This document shows positions 23,915 through 35,900 of a stretch of DNA of 64,000 bases, in pieces. How positions within the stretch are numbered: the stretch's first letter is position 1; the number at the start of each line of letters is the position of its first letter. A program made the position numbers and the translations under genes. Below the pieces are notes generated by a model that ran no database searches, was not told the origin of the DNA, and was given only the letters and a program-made list of their open reading frames with translations. This DNA comes from Phoronis australis (Eukaryota > Animalia > Phoronida): assembly GCA_002633005.1 (NCBI GenBank), contig NMRA01000078.1, positions 942,233 to 1,006,232 on the forward strand, given 5' to 3'.

Positions 23915-26900
23915 GTAAGTAACTCGGTGACGACACTTTCGAATTTACCGCATTGTCGGTCACTTGACACGATTCAAATTCATTCATGTGTTCATTGGCT
24001 TGCCGTTGGCTGTGACTATTTTATGTCATTTCGCATACCGTTCTCATTCAAAAGGTGACCCACTAACCAGGTAGCTAACCGGCTGACACGTTTGCTGGAC
24101 GTTGCAAGAATAGTCTCAGTTGTGATATTTCACATCACTGACACTTTCTGTTGAGGAATTGACTCGGACAGGGCTGTTAAAAAACACTGAAAGTGAGACG
24201 TGTGAAAAGCCCGTTGACTAATGATTTCTTTGGGAAAAACCACGCCTGACCTAGAAGACTGACTTGTTTTTAGTTTACGACAAGTACACCACCAATCGTA
24301 TAATATTGTGAATTTTGACTTTTGATATCAGACCATGATGTATTATCAGCAGTGACTGAAAAAAAAAATTACGTAAAACCTGGACTGGATGATTCAGCCC
24401 TGCAGATACCGTACAGCTGATAAGGTGCTAAAACAGGTGTGAAATTGATAAACACCTTGAGATATGGGAATGGGCCAACGGATGGCTGAGACTGGAGGTA
24501 AAACAGATGTCACTAGACCCGGTTTAAGGCAACCGAATTTGAGTTTATTGCTTCGCAATGGAACAAAATTTTACAATCTACGAAGAAAATATTTGAAAAA
24601 ATCTGCTGACACCTACTTAAATATGAAAAGGTAAGTTTTAAAGATCTGTAATTTTGTGAATTGATATTTGATGTGAATCAAGTGGTACTCTAATGTAATT
24701 TATTTAATTTAGATTCAAATCTTGCAGGGAGTCACCAATGATGAGCCCTCGACCCATGAAGAGACGAGATTCTTCAGCAAGTCTCATGTTTTCTTTGAGC
24801 GGCGTAAGTTTTAAGTAGTAAATTATGACAATTAATGACAATTACTAGTAGTTCAAAATTGTAATTGGTTGTCTTCATTGTCTGTTTTGTTCAGTCATTT
24901 CTCAGTGTCCTTTTAAAGTGCAAAACTTGCACTTCAGAAGGACACTATGTTTATATAAATAATTACTGAAATGAAAATCAAAGCACATGGGACAATGCAT
25001 TAATTAAATATATTGCTAAACCAAGTTCTGTCTTTATTTTTGAGGATTTTACCACAACAGCGAAATTCTCTGTATTTTGTGATTGGTTCGTGTGAACTTT
25101 GTAAGAGGATAGTCTGTAAGTTGTTTTTAAAGGTTTGATTTACCCGGGTCACACCACTGCATGAGATGGTCCATATACTTGTTTCAAATGGTTAAAATTT
25201 GGGTCAACTGAAAGGTGACTTAAGTGTCAAAGTTGTCATACATGATTTATCACACCTCATTTAGGTTTTGACTTAAATGCCAGTATAGATCGCTCAGTCA
25301 ATTGACATTTGATTTCATAATAACACGTGAATGAGACCTTCAGCTGTGACTGACTCGTGTCAAAAATCTTTGCATTTTTGTCATTCAAACTGTCTGAACA
25401 AAGTCGCCACATGTGGTATGGTGCGCTAAAATCTCCAATTTTAGGACACAAGATGGCAGACACTAAGTGATTAGATATGTATATGGTACCAGTGCTGTTC
25501 CACATTCAAGTTCTACACCATAGCGACTACCAAATTAGTTCAATATTTTGAAAAGTTGTAAACAGACACAAAAAATTAGAAGTCCTTGGAAGATAAAAGA
25601 GTTCAATATTGGCATTTATTTTTGTCCAAAATTGGAGAGAATTCACAGTGTATGAAGACTTCTAGGGCAACATTGAAATATTACGGTAATCTCGGATGAA
25701 AAGCCAAAAGAAGTGTCCAAAGTTGGCTGCAGAACACTAAATGTTCAAGTTGGAAATGACTGGTTGTATTCACTTGGAACTTTATTATTTTGTGCTTGTC
25801 ATGAAGGGCTATGAAAATAGGACATACTTGTTTTTTATAAAAAAATAACTTGCGCTAAATTGAACCAAAACTTTATTTTGGGATTTCGTCTAGGACAATC
25901 AAAAGAACTTGTCATCTTATTGATGCCATTGTTTTGCTTTGAATGCACCTTTCTTTTTGCGTGGTTTTGTGAAATGGACATGGTCACGTGACCAAAGTAA
26001 TGGCAAGTTTGTACCTAGAATAAATTGCCAAATTCTACTAGGATTCTGCTTTCGGAGAATGTAGTTAAATTCTACACAAGGCCCTAAGAGCCTCCTTTGA
26101 TTTTGGGGTCGAAACAGTACAAAATGTTAGTTTTGGCTACTTGAGGCAGAGCCTGTGAAGGCCAGCCAAAGGGGTGGTGGTGGTGCTATTGATGTTGACC
26201 TCGAGTAGATGATATTTCCCTTGATCCAAAAAATTCCTCTCTCAGAAAGCACAGGCACCTTTCCCCTCAGGTGAAATAGCCCCTGCTACAGTTTTGAGGA
26301 CATGTGACAAAATGCCCAGACTTGTTGATAAGTTGCCTCATAGCCAGCCACAAAAGAGTGAAACCCTGCTGTCTGATAACATCTGCTGATATGCTGTTAT
26401 GTAATCCTAAGTATTTCTAATGAAGTGGAATGTTGTTGTATTATGCCTTTAGGCTTTCAATGCTGGGGGCCACTGACATGAATGGTACTGTTGATGCATT
26501 TGTTATGGTAATATAAGCCCTCCATTGTATCTAAATCCTATACAACAATAAACTTCACCTGTCACTGTTGACCACTGTTTACTGAGAGCTTTCAGGTTAC
26601 TTTAGCTAACCTTATGATAAGACACCACATCAGTTTGTTGCCAAATGAAATATGCTTCTCTTATTTTATTACCGGTAGAAGACTTTGCGTTGGATAACTG
26701 CCAAGTTTTTCAAAAATAAGTTAGGAAGAAAATGTACAATCTCTTAATTTTTTCATTTCTACACTACAATACAACTAAATTATTCAACATATGAACACCT
26801 TTAGCAGATAAAGCTTTTCAAACAATAGATAAATCTGCAAAATTTTACATTTTTTAAAGAATTTAATGAAACTTCTGAGAGTATAGCTGTACTCTATTGA

Positions 26901-29900
26901 AATGGTGGTTTGGATGGAGTGGAATCAGTGGTATTTTTTAAAGTTTGTTTATATGAAAATTGCACTGTTATGGTAAGTCTATACTTTAAAATAATTTTGC
27001 GCAAAAATAATTGCCAAGGGGTCTTGATGTTTAAAGCTAACGAGCGTTTGCCATACTCATATATGCAAATGTTGGATGTGGAATTTAATTGTATTCAATT
27101 TTCCCATTTTCCAAATATTTATTTTTTTGTTATTAGTTAATACATAAATAAAAGAATTCCATGGGTGTCACATTTTACTCTTGACCCAACCTGATGTTGT
27201 GGATATGATCATCGGGTATTTACAATACTACTTGTATGTACCGAGGTGAATCATGACCGAACCCACTCCTCTCTACAACTGAAATCTTTAAAGATGTCGG
27301 AAGCATGTGAACACTAAGAAATGTGCCGGTACATGGCAACTGATGTTCTCTGTTGTGCAAATATACATTAAACTTTGTTGTCCATTAAAAACGCCGTTCA
27401 GTCGAATTTTTATGAAATTGATTTCTTTTTCCCCAACTTGTGGCTACTTTCAAACAGGTCACGGTCTATTCAAGTTTGTCGCAAGTGTTGGCAAACAGGT
27501 CCCAGTGACACATCAGGGAACACAATCATTTGTGCGACCTAAAAATCTCAATATTATTCTCAAGTGGGAGAGACTTCTCGAAGTTGTTAGCATTGACCAG
27601 AACTATAAAGCATCAAAATCTGTTGTGAATGTTGTGTAAAACCGCAATTCTCAGTTGTTGTCTGACAAGCATTCACTAAAATCAAGGTAGGCATCTATAA
27701 TGCTAATGCCCTGTTAATATGCTCTGCTATTTAACTTGTCTGGTTCGACTCAGTGGTACCTTGTTCAGGCGCTAATGCAGAGATAGTGGGTTCTATTCTG
27801 GACTACTACAAACTTTTATAAAAGTACTTTTCTCGCTGAAGAATGACATGAAGAACCCCACAAGAAACTAGGGCGCAGCCTCGTCGCATAGATATCGGTA
27901 GATAAGTGTATCGTTTACTTTGTTTTTCGTTCTTATTATAAAGGTAATGGTAGGCATTTATCGGCAACCGGCTGATGGGCGCCCAAGGTATATATCCGTG
28001 CGACCTGTATTGTTATGTCCAACGGAGACGCAACAAAGGAAAACAATGATATCATCCAACAGGTGATAACCATGGAACGTGCTTACGCCCGTCACATGGA
28101 TCTCGCAAGTTAAACAATAGCTTGCGAAATCCATCTGTTCAGCTCTTCCACTGGTATGATGTTTTGTTGGATTTGATAAAACGTGAAAGCAGTGGTAATC
28201 TGTAATGTGTCAATCATGCCTCCCAGTGATAATCTGTAATATGTCAATCATGCCTCCCAGTGATTGGCAGATCTACCTATATGATGATGAATTCATTTTG
28301 TGTGCTATGTCTACTAAATGCTTGATGTTTTAATGTTCGCATTGCAGAGAAAAAGGAAAAGAAAGGTAGACGATGATGCACTGAGTGTTCAAAGTCTTGA
28401 CTTCAATATTCAGGTAAACACCGGGCAATTTGAAGCAAGTGGGAGGCCCTGGGGGGAGGGGTCAGCGGATGCCACGCCTAGTGAACTGGTGGTGAGCTAG
28501 GCATTCTGGGACTGAGCGTTGTCCTCTAGCATTGGGACATTTTAAGGGTTGGATACTGACTCTTGGGGTGAAAATGTCAGTACAAGCCAATGTCAGATGG
28601 AGCAGTGATAACTGCCGAGGAAAGCTGTAGCAGAATTTATGAAATTTCCTGTTCAACATTTAGGTCATGAAATTAGGTCATGTTATTGGTGCAGTTGTTT
28701 TGCTAAATTTTAATAATAATAACCCAGTTAATGACATTGGTATTCAGTTAAAAGGCTTCTTAGGTTCAGAAAATAGTTCTGCAGATTTAATTTATTTTTC
28801 TCAGACTTGCCAATATTGTCCACATATCCTTAGTTTGCACAAAAATAAATTTCCTAACATCTACGCAGTACAAACCACGCTAGCAGTTTTCTTGATTTTT
28901 TTTTTTGAAAAATTTGACAAAATTGAATTTCACTGGTCGGCCACTTTGTGCCGTACCTCCTGCATGTGAGAAGCCTCACCCCAAATTATTACTTGACTTT
29001 AGCCAAAAGCATTGAAACTGGTTATGTTTCATCATCATCCTCTGACATTGTGATCAGCGTGTGTTGATGCACACTGTGCTTGTGTTATGTATTCAGTTTA
29101 TGGTAAAAATTCTCAAATTTGCGACAGTCTCTAGAATTTGGGACACGGGTGATTCCATAAACATTGAGTTTTCTTATTTTGGAATTTGGAAAAAGGGGGA
29201 TTTTGGCATTTATTGTATTTCTCAAATTCGGATAATGTGATTTCAGTCTACGGAGTGGGTAATTTTGCTGTCTTTCCGGTGATTCCTGAATTTGGGTTGT
29301 CCAACATTTTGTATTTTTAGAATTTGGGACAAGCTCCTACCTTGAGAAAATAAATGATTTTCACTGTCCTAAATTGGAGATTTTTTTACCGCACGTGCCT
29401 GTAAATGTTACATGCATTCCTTTGGCAGGAGCCATCCAAGAAGAGGCGTGCGTCCATAGCCAGGATATCCTCAATTACCAACTTACTGTCACCCTCTGCC
29501 AAAAAAGTGGGACGCGCTATTCAGGTAAGATCTCATGCTTCACGTAACCCACTTTGGCTCATCGGCTGTACGTCAATACAATGCGGTTTTGGCGGGGATT
29601 GTTTTCGATAAGGCAAACGTCTTGCTTGAATATCTAGGCCGTGTTAGGTTCAATACCTGAAGTCTTTTTCCTGGAAAGTGACTTATAAGACTTTTAAATC
29701 TTAAGTCACAAAAAACTTATTAAGTCTGAAATTTGGTCTTTCGTTCTACACTGCTACTTATGAAAAATAATTAAAAATCTCACTTGAGCAAAATTGAAAA
29801 CTTTCTGAGCATAAACGTGCAAATGCAAGTTATTAAGGTAATTCCTAAAAGATATGTCTAGATTGTGACGTGACAGTAATTACTTGGCTAAATTATTTTT

Positions 29901-32900
29901 CAGCGATTGTGAAGCAGAAGTGTAAGACCAAATTTCTGTCTTTGGTGTAAAGTCATTTTCACAAAACAATCTCCTGGTCCTAGGATCTAGTCTGGTTTAC
30001 TCGAAATTGATTTTTGGCATTTTCTATTCTTTAGTGCAAACTCAAAATAAGAGTAGTATTCTATGATCAAACAACGGACTTATCGTAGTCTACACTCGAT
30101 GACCCCAGCATAAAGGCTAAAAGTTTGAGTCTGAATTTCTCTGCAAAATCTCGAGTTACTCGATTTCATAGCTCGAATTTAGAGGTCATCAAGTGTAAAC
30201 TTTAACTGTAAACTAATTAGCACAAATAATGTACTCGAGCACTGAATATTAGACTCTCGAACTCGCACAAAAGCAAAATACCAATGCCAAAAATGGTTCG
30301 ATTTCAAGCACAAAGATTAGACCCTAAGTCCTGTTCACACTTTGCAATTTGTCTGCAATGCAGCTGGGGAACGACTATCTGTCATGGTGTGGACACGCTG
30401 TCACAGTTGCGCAAGCAACTCTGCAGATCAAATGAGCGTGGTCTCAAGTGATAACACTGCAAACCTTTCCCAAGCCTCAAAATCACGTCTAACCAGATTT
30501 AGGAGCAAGTTGTATAATAGTTGGTGGCCCGATTCAACCGTTAATTTTTGCAGAACACGGGCCTACAAGAAACAATAATGATGCAATATGCTGTTGAAAT
30601 AAGCTGTGATTATTTGATTGAGCCAGGCAGCTTAGTACTACTGTAGTTACAGTAGTAAATTAGTAATTAATAAAAAATTAAATCGAACACTGAAACTAAG
30701 AACCCATAATTGAGCGATGTTGTGTCTGCGTCTTGCATCATCGTTTGCAAGGATTTTCATATTCTGTGTTAAATCTTTGACTAACATTTTTTCCTTCTCC
30801 CGCGTGTAGAGGTCGTTTAGTTTCAAGGCACCGTCCCCCGCCAAGCCGTGCACCCCGGCTAGACGAACTACACCCAGCAAGCGACCTCGCCCATCTGTGA
30901 GCGAACATCGCCATAGTCGGCACTGGCATGAGATGGCGCCACCTGATGTGCTGACTAAGATGGAGAAACGAGAAGTGCAACGTCAGGAGGCGATACATGA
31001 ACTGCTGATGGGCGAGTACGACATGATTCAGGACCTCAAGATGGTAAAACAGGTATAGACACACCTGGAAGGTATATTCATACCTGGCAGGTATAGACAC
31101 ACCTGGCAGGTATAGACACACCTGGAAGGTATAGACACATCTGAAGCTTGTTCCATGAAAATTGACTTAAGTAAGGCTCGAGTCAAAAGTTGTGTCTGAC
31201 TCTTTGTGCTGCCATTGCAAAAAATAATTTAATCTTATTTAGATGCAATGTTGCTTCTCAAAATTATTCAGATTATGGTATGAGGTACTGCTAAAATGTA
31301 ATCTGCTGACATTTGAATTTCAAAAAATGTTGAGTAAAAGCTATCTGGAGGCAAAATTTCTGACAGTCAAGTGAAATTTATTTTGTCAAGTTTCTCAACA
31401 AAATAGGTTTTATGAAAAGTTTGCTTTGTTTTAGCATTGCGTGTATGGCATTGGTTTTACTGCATCTGGACAGTTGTTGCGTTTTTGCATAAATTAGTGA
31501 GACTGAAAAATAAACAAGAAATGTGTCAGTTTTGGCAATTACTTTTTATCCTATCTTGAAGGTGAATTTTACTGTACTTTGATTGTTCCCTTTTCATTGA
31601 GAAGCTGATTGGTTCCATCTTTACTGGGGAATTCCAACTGTTGGATTCCTGTAGAAACTGGAATGCCCCCTATTTGTTTTCTTAGAGCATTTGATTTGTG
31701 GCTGTTGGTTTCAGATGGAAGCAGGAAGCAGTTACAGTTATTCTCTTTTATAAAAAGATTGTTCAGTTCCTTAGTATCAACATGTTTTCTGGCAGCTGTC
31801 AAAGCTACTGCATGTCTGTCCTTCACAGTCAATAGGTGTCGCCGGTCATTCTCCACTCATAACCCTGTTTCAGCTTTATTACGACTCGATGAGCACTTTG
31901 AACCTAATGACCATTGAGGAGCTGCAGGAGATATTTGGCATTGTGGAGACTCTCGTTCCTATTCACGAAGGTAGGCGTGTCAGCAGCAATTTGATTATTG
32001 GTGTTAAATGTAGCGGCTCATCTCTTACTACAGGCGAATATTTATTTGCATTCAGATTTGGTAAATTCAAAGTTGTCGAAAACTTATTAATCATTTTCTG
32101 TAATCTAGCACTATTTTAATAAAAGAAAATTTTTGAAAACATGTAAAGGCTGACTGGATTGAATAAGGTGTAAAAGTAGGCTATTCTAAAGTTTAGCTCC
32201 AGTCATACTGAAAATGTTTTATTTTTGGCAATTGTCACTTACAAGGATCCTGGTTTGTGAGAACCAGTTTGGTGTTTCTTATTAATTAGAGAAAACAGGT
32301 TCTCAAAATCTAGCCTTGACTTCTATGGTGTGGAGTAATACAGAATGGTAATGGAAACCAGCGTTGTTTCGATGTAACTTTTTAAGAGATCAAGACATTA
32401 TCTGAAAGGTAACTGGGTGCTTCATTATTTGGCGCTCAATAAACATGAAAAGCTGCTCCACACGCTTTTCAATTGAGAGACAATCAGGAGATGTGAAGTG
32501 ATCCTCACTAATGTGGTCTCTTGGAGACAGGCTCTGAATAAAAGGACTATTAAAGCTAGTGTTCTGTGAAATTTCAAGTTTGGATAGGTCAGAATACTTT
32601 CGGACAGAATAATGATGTCATTGTGCCATCATGGCTTGCTCGTTTTTGGTTTTGGTTTCGTTTTAATATCTGATCTCCAGTTTCCTCTTCTTCGTCTCTC
32701 TTTATCATTATTTTGACATTATTCATGCAAAAACTTGTCGAAATGTTTGTACAATGCATAAATAAATACAAGAAAATGAAAATAAGATCACGTAAATTAA
32801 GTTTGAAAAACAGAAAATACAAAATGAATCTGAAGTAGCGGGGCGTGAAAAATTTAGATCATGATTAGTTGTGTTGTCCTGACTAACAATTTACTGTTTG

Positions 32901-35900
32901 TGTTGACAGAATGTGTAGACAAAATCAACAGCTTGAGGAGAACGGACCAATCAATAGACTGCATAGCTCAAGTGCTCATAGACTGGGTGAGTTCATTATC
33001 CATAGACTGGGAGAGTTCATTTATTCATAGACTTGGGTGAGTTGCTATCAAGTGCTAGTAGACTTGAGTCGACTTGCTGTACACCTGCCGTTAAGAGTCA
33101 TTGGTTTGTTTTCTATTCAAGTGCGGAACAGACGTGTCAGGTGTTGAAAGTGTAAAAAAATAATTGCTGGATGTCTGGTACACGTTGTACCAGACGTGCG
33201 CAGAGCGCTCAAATGGGCTCATTGCACTGGTCGCCTGGAACCACTTTTATGCTTTATTAATGTATAGTTAAAACCGAACTGAGGAACTTAAAACCTAACT
33301 CAAAGTTCTAACAGTGTGCCCCTGTGGGACTTGAGTCCACAACCTCGAATAAAGGAAGCGAACATTTATCCCACTAGGCTACACTGTTGAAAGTGCACAA
33401 TGATGTCGGTATTTTTAGTAGGCAGTTTTTAATCACATAAACTGCGTATATGTTTTAAATTCAGGGCTTGAAATTTTCCGCGGAAACGTAGATTTCCGCT
33501 TTTTTGAAATGTGCTTTCCGCTTTTTTTATAATATTTCCGCGTAAAAAAAATCGGATTTGATATGAAATTTCCGCGGCAAATTCCTTTCTTACCGCGGCG
33601 TTACAGACGACGTTCACCTCGGAAAGCGGAAGTCTTTATGTTTCGGAGGAACGTAAATTGTCAACATTGCCAGGGCATCTGGGTAAAGCGTGTTCTGATT
33701 TTCAATGGCGGCTCGTGTTATTGTTAAGCGCGGCGACAAATACTACCGCTCTGCAGCCAAATTTGTGTGGGTTGGGAGCGGACGGGCGAGCGAAATGGAC
33801 GCAGACGCATGCTACTGATGGTGGTAACGTTTTTTTTTTTAGTCCTCCCGATTTTTGTCGCGGAAAGGTTCACATTGACCATTTCAAAGGCTGGTTATCG
33901 GGCATTAATTTATCCGTAAAAGTTTCCGCGTTTTTTGTCATTGGTCATTACAAGCCCTGTAAATTTCAATGCTGACTCCGTAAAATAAAACAGTTACATA
34001 AATTATGTATTTTATGCGAGAAACCTAAAAGGTTGAATTTTGTCTTTTCCCATTGCCAGTTTTTTATATCAGAACTGTACACAACGCTCAACACAGGCGA
34101 AAATCTCCGCTCGACAAAAATTAAGTGACTGCTTATTTTCACTCGTATTCCCTGAGTTGGTGCCCAAATGAGTGATTTAAGAGTGATGCCAATTTTTGCT
34201 CGTACTTGAACTTTTTCCACTCGTATTTTCAAGCGTTTACTCACTTAAGTCAAGCCCTGGTACACTTGTAAGTAAGCCCAGTTCCCTTTCCCTCCCTGTG
34301 CGTAACTTTAGAACTCTCATGAAAATGATGATAATTTTTTAAGCCACTAAGTGTGTAAGCCCATAATATTCTCTATTCTCCAGCTGCCGTGTCTAGAGTG
34401 CTACATAGAATACTGTGCTAACCAAGTATATGCTAAAGCGTTACTGGACAAAAAGAAGGAAGACCCGAAGGTCGTCGACTTCCTGCAACGATGTCAAGAA
34501 TCAAAATTTAGCCGCAAACTCGACCTGTGGAATTTCCTGGGTAAGCTTCTTGTGCGTTTCCCATTTCTCACTGCTGTGTAGTATTTAAATCCTAGTTTTA
34601 CTTGGTAATCTGTAAGTTATTGTTCTTTGGTTTGATGAAGAAATTGCTACTTTGTGATAGTCTGCACACTGTTTGCCTGAGGGGCCATCTTTGCTTAATT
34701 TGATGCGTATTGCATTGATGGCTTCGTCACCTTGGACACAATTTTGCTAAAATGTAAGGAATAAAATCGAAGTTGCAAATGAAAAACATCAGTTTTATTT
34801 TTTTTTTCTTTTGATAAAAGCATCCATGTATATCAAATACAATGTGTGCGTCATTTTGTACTCGTGTGGCGATTTCTGAATTGTTTTTATGGACACCAAG
34901 AAGTTGAAGTGGATCCCAAGAATTTTGTAAGAAAGGTCCATGTGTCCTGAATGCTTGGAAGTTTGAGGTGAAGGCTGCATGTAGTTGCAGGCATGTTTTT
35001 GCTCAACGAATGATCATGTAAAAACTGCGCAGCTGATCTAGTTCACGGTAGATATTTCATTATTATTTTGTCGTTGCGGAGGGGGGACTAATTCAATGAA
35101 GAAATGTTGATTACACCGAGGTCAGAGAGAAAACTGCCAAACGTCGCTATGGGGGTTTTGAACTCATTACCTCACAGCTGTTAGTCCAGTACTTATAATA
35201 AACATTTCCTTTTGTTTTTTTGCTGTTGTTCGGGTACCAACGCAGTAGACATCTTGATGGAATTGTTGATCGATTCCAGAACACAAATTGAAAATCTGGC
35301 ACTCAAACTGCACCCCCATTTCATGAGCCCTACCCGTGCTTGGCCATAGTTGCTGCCTTTACTCAAGCCCCTTTTTTATGCGCCCACATACTTATATGTG
35401 GTCACATGTTGCAGTCATCTCTGTCTGTCTGGAGCTGTATCTCCTAAACCCCTAACAGGATCTTGATGAGATATGGCAGATGTTTTCCTATGAAGCTGAC
35501 GACGGATTATGATGAATTTCGGACCTCTCCGACTAGCGGTGTGCCCCCAAGTGCCAATTTTAGTTTTTTGCGCTTACCTCTGTATCTTCGTAAGTTCTCA
35601 ATGTATTTTCATAAAATTTGGAATATTGGTGTTCATTAGTGACATGACACTATGCTCCCGTTTTCGGATGGATTTGATGTAGTTAGCGCCACATAGTGGC
35701 CATTTTTACTGTTTTCGAGTCTGTTTTTGGAGTCCACCCCTCTATCAACCAAACCGCTCTAAGGATGATTGTGAAAATTAGCATGTATCTTCTTACCATG
35801 ACGAGGATGGCTGACGATGATTCTCCGACGACTTTGAGTACTGTGGTGCCTCCTAGTGGCAGTTTTTTTGCGCCCATGGCTGTATCTCCTAAACCTTAGC

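Noticed and set aside
33316-33386. Functional tRNA gene
   Set aside because: The T-loop and stems are degenerate; better explained as a SINE head or pseudogene.
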